64,000 bases of DNA, taken from Chrysomallon squamiferum. Lineage: Eukaryota; Animalia; Mollusca. The stretch spans positions 17,794,001-17,858,000 of the forward strand of contig CM022667.1 of assembly GCA_012295275.1 (NCBI GenBank), written 5' to 3'. The notes below the pieces were generated by a model, which ran no database searches, was not told where the DNA came from, and saw only the letters and a list, made by a program, of their open reading frames with translations. Both the position numbers and the translations under genes were made by a program. The first letter of the stretch is position 1; each line of letters begins with the position of its first letter. This document shows, one piece after another, positions 41,256-55,682 of the stretch.

Positions 41256-42619
41256 GGCTCTTTAAAATCCTGTTTTTTATTCAACCTTTTACATTAACAT
41301 CTAGGTGTTGTTGTTTTTTTATCAGTTACGTAATTAAGTTCGATCCGACGTCAGATGAAAGATAGCCGGTTTTTGACATGACTAAGTACTGAATTCACTT
41401 CTGCAAAGGTTTAATTTACAAAGGTTAATAAATTTAACAATGAAATTTAAGTTTTATTTGCTTTAAGAAATAAACCCATTGTAACAACTGCAGAAAATTT
41501 AAATTATGCGAATTATTTTTCCATGATGCTCTATACTGATTTTAAAGTAGCAAGCAGATAAATGTAGATACAGCTAACGTCAAGGAATCGGGGCGGATCT
41601 AGTAGTCAGTTTGCTGGGTTCTAAATTTAAATCATAAAAGTTAAAAGTATTTTGGTTGCATGTTCCTATCCTACATACATAATTGGTTCAGAAATGATTA
41701 AATAATAATTTCAAAAAAAGTGTTTCATGATAAATAAATAATTTAATAATTTACTAATGAGACGAAGGTAAAGAAGAAGAAGAGAAAAAACATAATAATC
41801 ATAATTCTAATAATCATAATAATAATACTTTACCGGGATATACATATACACAGTACTATTATTTATTTTTAATTTAAATGTATTTAACTCTGATAGACGA
41901 AATAAATAACATAATGTAATAGAGTTTAATTTAGATCTAAACAAAATACTGCGGCGCTTGCCTACGTAGAAAATGCAATCATTTCAGAATAACATAAAAA
42001 GAAAATAAATTTATACCTTCGTCCTGTAAGAAATACAGGTATATTCATTTCTAAACGTTCATGCAGTGTAACACGTAACATCACAAATAACTCAGAAGAT
42101 ATGTAACTTCTAACTGAATGCCGACACAATGTTTAATTTGTGTTTTGTTTTTAATGAAAAAATTCAATGTTTAATTTGTATTTTGTTTTTAATGAAAACA
42201 ACACAATTTTTATTTTTATCTTGTTTTTAACGTAAACCTTAAAAAGGTTTCATTTATATTTTGTTTTTAATGAAAAGAATACAATGTGTGTTTTGGTTTA
42301 GTTTTTAGTGAAAACACAACAAACGTATATCAACACGAGCTGAACGGGATAACAGGAAAGATAACGTTTGGAAAATATAACAAAATGAATTAAAAGTTAA
42401 TAGATAGACGGACAGATAGTCAGACAGAAAGACAGACAGATAGTCAGACAGAAAGACAGACAGACAGATACACTTTTTCAAAGGATGGTAATATTCATGT
42501 GAGAGAGAGAAAGAAAAAATAAGTGAGATATACGCAATGTGAGAAAAGATTGAGGCAAGGGAACAGAAAATTGAGTAAGACAGAGAAAAGAGAGAGGGAA
42601 AGAGAAAGACAACGGTGAA

Positions 42620-44502
42620 CGAATAGAGAGAAGAGAAAGACAAGAATGAGAGAAGCGAGAGAGAAGGAAGACAAGGACGAGTGAAGAAAGAGAAGAGAGT
42701 GAAGAGAAAGACAAGGGTAAGAAAAGAGAGAGTGAAGAGAAAGACAAGGATAAGAGAATAGAGAGTTAAGAGAAAGAAAAGGATGAGAAAAGAGAGAAGA
42801 GAAAGACAAGGATAAGAGAATAGAGAGTTAAGAGAAAGACAAGGGTAAGAAAAGAGAGAAGAGAAAGACAAGGATAAGAGAATAGAGAGTTAAGAGAAAG
42901 ACAAGGATGAGAGAAGAAAGAAGAGAAAGACAAGGATGAAAAAATAGAGAGTGAAGAGAAAGACAAGGATGAGAGAAGAGAAACACAAGGGTGAGAAAAT
43001 AGAGAGTGAAGAGAAAGACAAGGATGAGAAAATAGAGAGTGAAGAGAAAGACAAGGATGAGAAAATAGAGAGTGAAGAGAAAGACAAGAGTGAGAAAATA
43101 GAGAGAAGAGAAAGACAAGGATGAGAAAAAGAAGAGAAGAACAAGGAGAGAAAGAGAGAGAAGAAAAGACAAGAGAGAGAAAAAGAAAAGACAAGGATAA
43201 GAGAATAAGAGAGAAGAGAAAAGAATAAGAGAGAGAAAAGACAAAAAAGAAGGAAAGAGAATAAGAAGAGAAGAGAAAGACAAGGATAAGAGAAGAGAGA
43301 AGAGAAAAAGACAAGGAGAAAAGAGAGAGAAAGAGAAAGACAAGGATAAGAGAATAGAGAGAGAAGAGAAAGACAAGGAGAAGAGAAGAGAAAGGAAGAG
43401 AAAAAGAAGAGAAGAGAAAGAGAAAGAAAGAAGAAAAGGGTAAGACAAGGATGAGAAAAAAGAAAGAGAAGAAAGAAGAAAGGAGAAAAAGAAAGACAAG
43501 GGTAAAAAAAAGAGAAGAGAAAGAGAAAGACAAGGAGAAGAGAAAGACAAGGGTGAAAATAGAGAAGAGAAAGACAAGGATGAGAAAAAGAGAGAAGAGA
43601 AAGACAAGGAGAAAAAGAGAGAAGAGAAAGAGAAAAGACAAGAGAAGAAAAAGAGAAGAGAAAAGACAAGGATGAGAAAAAAAGACAAGGAAAGAGAAGG
43701 GAGAAAGAGAAAAGAGAGAAGAGAAAGACAAGGATGAGAAAAGAGAGAAGAGAAAGACAAGGATGAGAAAATAGAGAGAAGAGAAAAGACAAGGAAGAGA
43801 GAATAGAGAGAAGAGAAAGACAAGGATGAGAAAATAGAAGAAGAGAAAGAAGAGAAAATAGAGAGAAGAGAAAGAAAATAGAAAAAGAGAGAAGAGAAAG
43901 ACAAAGAAATGAGAAAACAAGGAGAGAAAATAGAGAGAAGAGAAAGACAAGGAAGAGAAAATAGAAGAAGAGAAAGACAAGGATGAGAAAATAGAGAAGA
44001 GAAAGACAAGGATGAGAAAATAGAGAGAAAGAGAAAGACAAGGATGAGAAAATAGAGAGAAGAGAAAGACAAGGATGAGAAAATAGAGAGTGAAGAGAAA
44101 GACAAGGATGAGAAAATAGAGAGAAGAGAAAGACAAGGATGAGAAAATAGAGAGAGAAGAGAAAGACAAGGATGAGAAAATAGAGAGAAGAGAAAGACAA
44201 GGATGAGAAAAATAGAGAGAAGAGAAAGACAAGGATGAGAAAAGAGAGAAGAGAAAGACAAGGATGAGAAATAGAAGAGAGAAAGACAAGGATGAAAAAA
44301 TAGAGAGAAGAGAAAGACAAGGAAGAGAAAAGAGAAGAGAAAGAGAAAGACAAGGATGAGAAAACAAGAAAAAGAGAAAGAGAAAGACAAGGATGAGAGA
44401 ATAGAAAAAGAGAAAGACAAAGACAAGGATGAGAAAACAGAGAAGAGAAAGAGAAAGACAAGGAAGAGAAAGAAAGGATAGAGAGAAGAGAAAGACAAGG
44501 AT
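42620..44502. repeat. Polypurine satellite, left copy, truncated by the gap
   Basis: Unit of about 31-33 bp, gagaagagaaagacaaggatgagaaaataga, with many variants. Confidence 0.95.
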
Positions 44503-44702
44503 NNNNNNNNNNNNNNNNNNNNNNNNNNNNNNNNNNNNNNNNNNNNNNNNNNNNNNNNNNNNNNNNNNNNNNNNNNNNNNNNNNNNNNNNNNNNNNNNNN
44601 NNNNNNNNNNNNNNNNNNNNNNNNNNNNNNNNNNNNNNNNNNNNNNNNNNNNNNNNNNNNNNNNNNNNNNNNNNNNNNNNNNNNNNNNNNNNNNNNNNNN
44701 NN
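44503..44702. other. Scaffold gap of 200 N
   Basis: Run of exactly 200 N. A round length like this is typical of a scaffolding placeholder. Confidence 0.99.
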
Positions 44703-45575
44703 AAATATACCAACATATGATATTGAAATCTGTCTTTATCAAACGCATTTTAAATAACCAGTCCAACAAAAATCGTTTCAAAGACTACAGAAAACATTTG
44801 GGAATGTTCGGATTTGTCCACGAATTCGGCCGAGATGATCCGAATGGACACCATCAGTTTTAATGAAACTGAGTCATGAAACTAAGGGAAGCCGAAACGT
44901 CCACTTTATCGAACTACGAGCACATTTTTTATGTGAAATAAATTATTAATAGTGGTTCTGTTTATAATGTATAGAACAAAAAGGCCATACTTTTTGAAAT
45001 TTGGCGCCCTGGTAGTAGTAACAGTAGTAGAGGTAGAAGTAGTAATATAATTATACTACATCATCATCAATACTAGCATTACTAGTGTACTGCTACTACT
45101 GCTATTGCTATTACTATTTCTGTTAATGCTAATAATATTAATGATAATTATCATCACATTCACAAACAAAATCATGATAACAGCAACAATAACAATAAAC
45201 CAGTTTTAAAGTACAAAATGACCTTCAAAATTCTAATTTAGGATAATTCTGATTTTACGGTTTTGTTTTGTGATTTAGCCTTGCAGAATCATTATATATC
45301 TGTTTGATTCTGTGAACTGAAAGTCAGCGCATTTTGCAATAAAGGAAATTTCAAATTGTACTATAAAAACGCCTACACTACACATGTTACAAGATCGATT
45401 TGGAAATACATGTCACATACACATTCTATAGATATATCATACCTTTCATTAATTTTTTTTTTCTCTCAAAAAAAAAAAAAAAAAAATAAAATAAAAAATC
45501 ATCGAGAATTTACACAACTGAATAGAATATTTTTAAAAATAAAAACAAAACAAAAAAACTAACTAACTAATTAAC

Positions 45576-45622
<47 letters not shown>

Positions 45623-46989
45623 GGCTCTTTTAAAATCCTGTTTTTATTCAACCTTTTACATTAACATCTAGGTGTTGTTGTTTTCTTTATCAGTTACGTA
45701 ATTAAGTTCGATCCGACGTCAGATGAAAGATAGCCGGTTTTTGACATGACTAAGTACTGAATTCACTTCGCAAAGGTTTAATTTTACAAAGGTTAATAAA
45801 TTTAACAATGAAATTTAAGTTTTATTTGCTTTTAAGAAATAAACCCATTGTAACAACTGCAGAAAATTTAAATTATGCGAATTATTTTCCATGAAGCTCT
45901 ATACTGATTTTTTTAAAGTAGCAAGCAGATAAATGTAGATACAGCTAACGTCAAGGAATCGGGGCGGATCTAGTAGTCAGTTTGTTGGTTCTAAATTTAA
46001 ATCATAAAAGTTAAAAAGTATTTTGGTTGCATGTTCCTATCCTACATACATAATTGGTTCAGAAAATGATTAAATAATAATTTCAAAAAGTGTTTCATGA
46101 TAAATAAATAATTTAATAATTTACTAATGAGACGAAGATAAAGAAGAAGAAGAGAAAACATAATAATCATAATTCTAATAATCATAATAATAATACTTTA
46201 CCGGGATATACATATACACAGTACTATTATTTATTTTTTAATTTAAAATGTATTTAACTCTGATAGACGAAATAAATAACATAATGTAATAGAGTTTAAT
46301 TTAGATCTAAACAAAATACTGCGGCGCTTGCCTACGTAGAAAAATGCAATCATTTCAGAATAACATAAAAAGAAAAATAAATTTATACCTTCGTCCTGTA
46401 AGAAATACAGGTATATTCATTTCTAAACGTTCATGCAGTGTAACACGTAACATCACAAATAACTCAGAAGATATGTAACTTCTAACTGAATGCCGACAAT
46501 GTTTTAATTTGTGTTTTGTTTTTAATGAAAAATTCAATGTTTAATTTGTATTTTGTTTTTAATGAAAACAACACAATTTTTATTTTTATCTTGTTTTAAC
46601 GTAAACCTTAAAAAGGTTTCATTTATATTTTGTTTTAATGAAAAGAATACAATGTGTGTTTTGGTTTAGTTTTTAGTGAAACACAACAAACGTATATCAA
46701 CACGAGCTGAACGGGATAACAGGAAAGATAACGTTTGGAAAATATAACAAAATGAATTAAAAGTTAATAGATAGACGGACAGATAGTCAGACAGAAAGAC
46801 AGACAGATAGTCAGACAGAAAGACAGACAGACAGATACACTTTTTTCAAAGGATGGTAATATTCATGTGAGAGAGAAAGAAAAAAATAAGTGAGATATAC
46901 GCAATGTGAGAAAAGATTGAGGCAAGGAACAGAAAATTGAGTAAGACAGAGAAAAGAGAGAGGGAAAGAGAAAGACAACGGTGAACGAA

Positions 46990-49900
46990 TAGAGAGAAGA
47001 GAAAGACAAGAATGAGAGAAGGAGAGAGAAGGAAGACAAGGACGAGGAAGAAAGAGAAGAGAGAAGAGAAAGACAAGGGTAAGAAAAGAGAGAGTGAAGA
47101 GAAAGAAAAAGAGATGAGAAAAGAGAAAGAAAAGGAAAGAAAAGAGAAGAGAAAGACAAGGATAAGAGAATAGAGAGTTAAGAGAAAGACAAGGGAGAAA
47201 AAAGAGAGAAGAGAAAGACAAGGATAAGAAATAGAGAGTTAAGAGAAAGACAAGGATGAGAGAAGAAAGAAGAGAAAGACAAGGATGAAAAAAATAGAGA
47301 GTGAAGAGAAAGACAAGGATGAGAGAAGAGAAAAGACAAGGGTGAGAAAATAGAGAGTGAAGAGAAAGACAAGGATGAGAAAATAGAGAGAAGAGAAAGA
47401 CAAGGATGAGAAAATAGAGAGAAAGAGAAAGACAAGGATGAAAAGAAAAGAGAAAGACAAGAGAAGAGAGAGAGAAGAGAAAGACAAGGATGAGAAAAGA
47501 GAGAGGAAGAGAAAGACAAGGAGAGAAAATAGAAAGAGAAAGAAGAGAAAGACAAAGAGTGAAAAAGAGAAAAGAGAAAGACAAGGATGAGAAAATAGAG
47601 AGAAGAGAAAGACAAGGATAAGAGAATAGAGAGAAGAGAAAGACAAGGATGAGAAAGAGAGAAGAGAAAGACAAGGATGAAAAATAGAGAGAAGAGAGAA
47701 AGACAAGGATGAGAGAAGAGTGAAGAGAAAGACAAGGATGAAAAAGAGAAAAGAGAAGAGACAAGGAGACAAGAAAAAAGAGAGAAGAGAAAGACAAGGA
47801 TGAGAAAATAGAGAGAAGAGAAAGACAAGGATGAGAAAATAGAGAGAAGAGAAAGACAAGGATGAGAAAATAGAGAGTGAAGAGAAAGACAAGGATGAGA
47901 AAATAGAGAGTGAAGAGAAAGACAAGGATGAGAAAATAGAGTGAAGAGAAAGACAAGGGTGAGAAAAACAGAGAAGAAAAGACAAGGGTGAGAAAATAGA
48001 GAGTGAAGAGAAAGACAAGGGTGAGAAAATAGAGAAGAGAAAAAGAGAAGGAAAGAAAAGATAAAGAGGAAGAAAATAGAGAGAAGAGAAAAGACAAGGG
48101 TAAGAAACAGAGAGAAGAGAAAGACAAGGATGACAAGAAAAGAGACAAGAGAAGAGAAAGACAAGGATGAGAAAATAGAGAGAGAAAGACAAGGAAAGAC
48201 AGAGGAAGAGAAAGACAAGGGGGTGAGAAAAGAAGAGAAAGACAAGGATGAGAAAATAGAGAGTGAAGAGAAAGACAAGGATGAGAAAATAGAGAGAAGA
48301 GAAAGACAAGGATGAGAAAATAGAGAGAAAGAGAAAGACAAGGATGAGAGAATAGAGAGAAGAGAAAGACAAGGGGTGAGAAAATAGAGAGAAGAGAAAG
48401 ACAAGGAAGAAAAGAGTGAAGAGAAAGACAAGGATGAGAAAATAGAGAGAAGAGAAAGACAAGGATGAGAAAAACAGAAGAGAAAAGACAAGGATGAGAA
48501 AATAGAGAGGAAGACAAGAAAGACAAGGACAAGAAAAAGAGAGAAGAGAAAGACAAGGATGAAAATAGAGAGGAAGAGAAAGATGAAAAGAGAAAGGGAA
48601 GAGAAAATAGAAAGAAGAGAAAGACAAGGATGAGAAAATAGAGAGAAGAGAAAGACAAGGATGAGAAAATAGAGAGAGAAGAGAAAGACAAGGATGAGAA
48701 AATAAGAGAAAGACAAGGAAGAGACAAGAGAAAGACAAGGAGAAAAATAGACAGTGAAGAGAAAGACAAGGATGAGAAATAGAGAGAAGAGAAAGACAAG
48801 GGTGAGAAAATAGAGAAAAAGACAGAGAAGAAGAGAAAGACAAGGATGAGAAAAAGAGAGAGAAGAGAAAGACAAGGATGAGAAAATAGAGAGAAAGAGA
48901 AAGACAAGGAGAGAAAGAGAAGAGAAAGACAAGGATGAGAAAAGAGAGTGAAAGAGAAAAGACAAGGGTGAGAAAGAAAGAAGAGAAAGAGAAAGAGAAA
49001 AATAGAGAGAGAAGAGAAAGACAAGGATGAGAAAATAGAGAAGAAGAGAAAGACAAGGGATGAAAAATAGAGAGAAAAGAGAAAGACAAGGATGAGAAAA
49101 AATAGAGAAGAGAAAGACAAGGATGAGAAATAGAGAGAAGAGAAAGACAAGGAGAAAATGAGAAAAGAGAAGAGAAAGACAAGGGTGAGAAAAGAGAGAG
49201 AAGAGAAAGACAAGGAAAATAGAGAAGAGAAAGAGAAGAGAAGAAAGACAAGGATGAGAAAAGAGAGAGAAGAGAAAGACAAGGATGAGAAAAGAGAAGA
49301 GAAAGACAAAGAAGAGAATAAGGATGAGAAAAGAGAGAAGAGAAAGACAAGGATGAGAAATAGAGAGAGTGAAGAGAAAGACAAGGGTGATAAAAATAGA
49401 GAGAAGAGAAAGACAAGGGTGAGAAAATAGAGAGGGAAGAGAAAGACAAGGATGAGAAAATAGAGTGAAGAGAAAGACAAGGAAAGAAAGACAAAGAGAA
49501 AGAGAAAGACAAGGATGAGAGAAGAGAAAAGACAAGGATAAGAGAAATAGAGAGGAAGAGAAAGACAAGGATGAGAAAATAGAGAGTGAAGAGAAAGACA
49601 AGGATGAAAAATAGAGAGAAGAGAAAGACAAGGGTGAGAAAAGAGAGAAGAGAAAGACAAGGATGAGAAAAGAGAGGAAGAGAAAGACAAGGATGAAGAA
49701 AATAGAAGGAAGAGAAAGACAAGGATGAAAAATAGAGAAAGAAAAGACAAATGTGAGAAAAGAGAGAAGAGAAAGATAAGGAAAGAGAAGAGAGAAAAAG
49801 AGAAAGACAAGACAAGGGAGAGAAGAGAGAGAAAGAAAGATAAGGATGAGAAAAGAGAGAGAAGAGAAAGACAAGGAGAAGAAAAATAGAGAGTGAAGAG

Positions 49901-52900
49901 AAAGAGAAGGAGAGAAAATAGAGAGAAGAGAAAGACAAGGGTGAGAAGAGAGAGAAGAGAAAGACAAGAGAAGAGAGAAGAAAGAAAGATAAGGAGAGAA
50001 GAGAAAGGGTGGGAGGAGAGAGAGAGTGAAGAGAAAGACAAGGGTGAGAGAAAAGAGAAGAGAAAGATAAGGATGAGAGAAGAGAGAGAAGAAAAAGAGA
50101 AAGGTGAGAAGAGAGAAAAGAAAGACAAGGATGAGAGAAGAATAGAGAGTGAAGAGAAAGACAAGGAGAAAAGAAAGAGAGAAGAGAAAGACAAGGGATG
50201 AGAAAAGAAGAAGAGAAAGACAAGGGAGAAAAGAGAAAGAGAAAGACAAGAGAGAGAAGAGAGAAGAGAAAGACAAGGATGAGAAAAAAGAGAGGAAGAG
50301 AAAGACAAGGATGAGAGAAATAGAAAAGAGAAAGACAAGGATGAGAAAATAGAGAGAAAAGAAGAGAAAGACAAGGAAGAAAATAGAGAAGGAGAAAGAC
50401 AAGGATGAAGAGAAAGACAAGAGAAAGATGAGAGAAGAGAGTGAAGAGAAAGACAAGGGATGAGAAAAGACAGAAGAGAAAGAGAAGGAAGAGAAAAGAG
50501 AAGAAGAGGAAGAGAAAGACAAGGATGAGAAATAGAGAAAGAGAAAGACAAGGAAGAGAAATAGAGAAAGAGAAAGACAAGGATGAGAAAAAGAGAGAGA
50601 AGAGAAAGACAAGGGTGAGAGAAGAGAGAGAGAAGAGAAAGACAAGGATGAGAAGAACAGAGAGAAAGAGAAAGACAATGAGAGAAGAGAGAAGAGAAAG
50701 AAAGGATGAGAAGAATAAGGAAGAGAAAGACAGAGAGAAAGAGAAAGACAAGGGGTGAGAAAAAGAGAGAGAAGAGAAAGACAAGGATGAGAGAAGAGAG
50801 AGAAGAGAAAGACAAGGATGAGAGAAGAGAGAGAAGAGAAAGACAAGGATGAGAGAAGAGAGAAAGAGAAAGACAAGGGTGAGAGAAGAGAGAAGAAGAG
50901 AAAGACAAGGGTGATGAGAGAAGAGAGAGAAGAGAAAGACAAGGGTGAGAGAAGAGAGAGAAGAGAAAGATAAGGATGAGAGAAGAGAGAGAAGAGAAAG
51001 ATAAGGATGAGAGAAGAGAGAGAAGAGAAAGACACGGGTGAGAGAAGAGAGAGAAGAGAAAGACAAGGGATGAGAGAAGAGAGAGAAGAGAAAGACAAGG
51101 GTGAGAGAAGAGAGAGAAGAGAAAGACAAGTCTGAGAGAAGAGAGTGAAGAGAAAGATAAGGGTGAGAGAAGAGAGAAAAGAGAAAGACAAGGGTGAGAG
51201 AAGAAAGAAAAGAAAGAAAGAGAAGAGAGAGAAGAGAAAGACAAAGAGAAAAAGAGAGAAGAGAAAGATAAGGAAAGAGAAGAGAGAAGAAGAGAAAGAC
51301 AAGGATGAGAAATAGAGAGAAGAGAAAGACAAGGGTGAGAAATAGAGAGAAAGAAAGAAAGAAGGGTGAGAAGAGAGAGAAGAAGAGAAAGACAAGGAGA
51401 GAAGAGAGAGAAGAGAAAGACAAGGGTGAGAAAAGAGAGAGAAGAGAAAGACAAGGATGAAAGATAGAGAAAGAAAGACAAGGGTGAGAGAAGAGAGAGA
51501 AGAGAAAGACAAGGGTGAGAGAAGAGAGAGAAGAGAAAGACAAGGGTGAGAGAAGAGAGAGAAGAGAAAGACAAGGATGAGAGAAGAGAGAGAAGAGAAA
51601 GATAAATGAGAGAAGAGAGGAAGAGAAAGATAATGAGTGAGAAAATACAGAAGAGAAAGAAGGAGTGAGAGAAGAGAGGAAGAGAAAGACAAAAGGAGAG
51701 AAGAGAGAGAAAAAAAAAGACAAGAGAGAAGAGAGAGAAGAGAGAAAGAAAGACAAGGAGAGAAGAGAGGAAAAGAAAGAGAAGGATGAGAGAAGAGAGG
51801 AAGAGAAAAAGATAAGGAGAGAGAAGAGAGAGAAAGAGAAAGACAAGGGTGAGAGAAGAGAGAGAAGAGAAAGACAAGGGATGCGAAAAGAGAGAGAAGA
51901 GAAAGACAAGGGTGAGAGAAGATAGTGAAGAGAAAGACAGAAAGAGAAGGATGAGAAAGAGAAGAGACTGAAAGAGAAAGATAAGGATGAGAAAAAGAGA
52001 GAAGAGAAAGACAAGGAGGAGAGAAGAGAGTGGAAGAGAAAGACAAAGGATGAGAGAGAAGAGAGAAGAGAAAGACAAGGGATGAGAGAAGAGAGGAAGA
52101 GAAAGACAAGGTGAGAGAGAATAGAAAGAAGAGAAGAGAAAGACAAGGGTGAGAGAAAGAGAGTGAAAAGAAAGACAAGGATGAGAAAAGAGAGAAGAGA
52201 AAGACAAGGAGTGAGAAGAGAGAGAGTGAAGAGAAAGACACGGGTGAGAGAAGAGACTGAAGAGAAAGATAAGGATGCGAGAAGAGAGAGAAGAGAAAGA
52301 CAAGTGTGAGAGAACAGAGTGAAGAGAAAGATAAAGATGAGGGAAGAGAGTGAAGAGAAAGACAAGGGTGAGGGAAGAGAGTGAAGAGAAAGATAAGGAT
52401 GCGAGAAGAGAGAGAAGAGAAAGACACGAGTGAGAGAAAAGAGAAAAGAGAAAGACACTGGTGAGAGAAGAGAGTGAAGAGAAAGACACGGGTAAGAGAA
52501 AATAGAAAAGAGAAAGATAAGGATGCGAGAAGAGAGAGAAGAGAAAGACACGGGTGAGAGAAGAGAGAGAAGAGAAAGACACGGGTGAGAGAAGAGAGAG
52601 AAGAGAAAGATAAGGATGCGAGAAGAGAGAGAAGAGAAAGACACGGGTGAGAGAAGAGAGAGAAGAGAAAGACACGGGTGAGAGAAGAGAGAGAAGAGAA
52701 AGATAAGGATGAGAGAAGAGAGAGAAGAGAAAGACACGGGTGAGAGAAGAGAGAGAAGAGAAAGACACGGGTGAGAGAAGAGAGAGAAGAGAAAGACAAG
52801 GGTGAGAGAAGAGAGAAGAGAAAAGATGAGGGGAGAGAGAAGAGAGAAAAGAAAGAGAAGGATGAGAGAAGAGAGTGAAGAGAAAGATAAGGATGCGAGA

Positions 52901-53760
52901 AGAGAGAGAAGAGAAAGACACGGGTGAGAGAAGAGAGAGAAGAGAAAGACACGGGTGAGAAAGAGAGAGAAGAGAAAGATAAGGATGAGAAGAGAGAGAA
53001 GAAGAAAGACAAGAATGAGAGAGAAAGAAGAGAGAAGAGAAAGACAAGGGGAGAGAGAAGAGAGAAAAGAGAAAGACGAGAAGAGATAGAGAAGAGAAGA
53101 AAAAAAGATAAGGATGCGAGAAGAGAGAGAAGAAAAGATAACGAGAGAAGAGAAGAAGAGAAAGACAAGAGAAAGATAAGATGAGAGAAGAGAGAAGAGA
53201 AAGATAAGGATGAGAGAAGAAGAGAGAAGAGAAAGACAAGGGAGAAGAAGAGAGAGAAGAGAAAGAGATAAGAGAAGAGAAGAGAGAAAGAGAAAGACAC
53301 GGTGAGAGAAGAGAGTGAAGAGAAAGACAAGTGTGAGAGAAGAGAGTGAAAAGAAAGATAATGATGAGAGAAGAGAGTGAAGAGAAAGATAAGGATGAGA
53401 GAAGAGAGAAGAGAGTGAAGAGAAAGATAAGTGTGAGAGAAGAGAGTGAAGAGAAAGGTAAGGATGAGAGAAGAGAGAAGAGAAAGATAAGGATGAGAGA
53501 AGAGAGTGAAGAGAAAGACAAGGGTGAGAGAAGAGAGTGAAGAGAAAGATAAGGGTGAGAGAAGAGAGTGAAGAGAAAGACACGGGTGAGAGAAGAGGGT
53601 GAAGAGAAAGATAAGGGTGAGAGAAGAGAAGAGAAAGACAAGGGTGAGAGAAGAGAGAGAAGAGAAAGACAAGGGTGAGAGAAGAGAGTGAAGAGAAAGA
53701 TAAGGATGAGAGAAGAGAGAGAGAGACGAGAGTGAGAGAAGAGAAAGACAAGGACGAGGG
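46990..53760. repeat. Polypurine/polypyrimidine satellite array, about 6.8 kb
   Basis: Core aagagaaagacaagg(a/g)tgaga recurs about every 31-33 bp. The + strand is overwhelmingly A/G. Confidence 0.97.
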
Positions 53761-54611
53761 ATAATTTTTAGAGAAAATGAGCGAGGTTGTCATTTTATCT
53801 ATTAATTATATTCGAAGTTTTAATTATACAATACATATGTTACTGCTTAATCTAGGAGTTTTAGTAAATTCTCAGATTTTATTGGTGTGCTTTTATCACT
53901 GAAATAATAGAAATATCATTTAGAATGTTCAGTTTATAAATTTGTTTTTATAACTGAAAATGATAATAATAGCTGCTTTTTCCTTTTTTAAATTATATGA
54001 TCTATATCAATCTATCTATCCATCCGTCTATCTATCTATCTATCTCTCTCTCTGTGTATATATACATATATATATTGTTCATGTCAGTTCGTGCAACAGA
54101 TGTAGTTTGCCCTTACATAACCATGCTTTTATATTTTAATGCAATAATAAAAACTATAATAGAAAGAGAAATTGTATATATATATATTATAAAATTATTA
54201 AAAAGTACTTATACACTTGCAAACACATATGCATATATGTGTGTGTCTGACGAAAACAAATTTATACTTTTTAATGTTCATCGTGATAATGAATTAAAAT
54301 GATTTAATCGATAAATATTAAATAACAACACTCACGCAGATTCCATTGCTGTTAAAATTATGTGGCTGGCGATAGTTTAAAATAATATTAAATATTTCTG
54401 TAGATGAGAGATAGCTGCTGGTCTTCGAGCGCAGCGCTTGCTCGTGTATCCTTTACGTTAACCTCAGAGGATTTTCTAGTACCAGTGACAACAGGTGGCA
54501 GAGAAATCGTTTAGTATTTACTGAAGCGCACGAAGATTACTGTTACTCAGATTAGTGACGATGACAATGAAACCATCATTCGTTACCTGCTTACACGTAG
54601 ATTTAAATTAT

Positions 54612-54692
54612 AACCAGTCGAAAACAGTGTTAATTTCAACCAATCGAAAACAGTGTTAGTTTCAACCAATCGAAAACAATGTTAGTTTCAAC
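54612..54692. repeat. Tandem repeat of about 27 bp, 3 copies
   Basis: aaccaatcgaaaacagtgttagtttc-like unit. Confidence 0.85.
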
Positions 54693-55239
54693 TCGGTGAT
54701 AAATCGCCTGTCAAATTCAGCAATGGAGGAGATGCTAAAATTCGGAATTAAACACTAGTCTGATTACGATGACGATATATATGTGTTCTAGTTACATGTT
54801 TTTTAAAATCTATGTGCGCTATCTTGCAGTTTAGATCTACCAACTGTTCTTCTATTTTTTGTTTCAAATAACGTTCTAAATAATAATATTGACACTGTGT
54901 TTTTTTTTTGTTTTTTGTTTTGTTTATCATAACCATATGAATATGAAATAAAGATAAGAATAATAAATGCCATTAAAACAAAAACCTTTTAATTGACTTA
55001 ATATTTACAAACCACGGAGACCAGCTATACAGTATTTGACCGCTCAGTTCTTATTATCATTTCAGCCATTTAACGTTTCAGTCAGAGTCAATTAATCATT
55101 CCAAATTCGTATTCAGCCATGCAGTAGCAAATAAATAGACAGATAGATAGCTACACTTTATCCAGTAGTAGTACATCGTCAGTGGACAGAACATTCGTTC
55201 AACCACACAATCTATAAACATTTCAACCAGTCAGCTACT

Positions 55240-55324
55240 TTCATTCAACCCATAACTCAAACAACCACCTTCATTCAACCCATAACTCAAACAACCACTT
55301 TCATTCAACCCATAACTCAAACAA
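55240..55324. repeat. 30-bp tandem repeat, about 3 copies
   Basis: Unit ttcattcaacccataactcaaacaaccac(c/t). Confidence 0.9.
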
Positions 55325-55682
55325 TGTTGATGTTATATGTAATGACATCACAATAAAATGATACTTGATATACAAAGATGTTTTGCTGTCATACTTTATC
55401 ATTAGCAAAGATTAGTTAAGACGTATAATGTGTCATGACAATAAAAATATTATCTAGATAAACTAACATACTTTGGTGTCATATTTTATAATCAGTAAAT
55501 ATTAATTGCTGTATATCATGCAGTGTCTAAACATATAACATACTCTGTGTTATTTTAGATTATATTTTTAAAAAGTAATAACAGAAATCATTATACTGTA
55601 CAAAGTCAAAATGTATGTTAATGTTCAGTATATTTTGTATACAATTAAAACTAATAAATAATAATAATAATAATAATAATCT

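Larger units (their letters stand above)
40317..47300. repeat. Direct duplication across the gap: 40317-about 42900 is repeated at 44703-about 47300, and each copy runs into the purine satellite
   Basis: The sequence right after the N gap (aaatataccaacat...) restarts the sequence at 40317. The copies are near-identical and differ mostly by homopolymer-length indels. Confidence 0.95.

Noticed and set aside
46811-53793. Three ORFs of over 2000 aa rich in Leu/Ser/Phe, plus similar ones at 42766-44781
   Set aside because: They are translations of the pyrimidine strand of the satellite, which rarely forms stop codons. They are open in all three frames and some cross the N gap.
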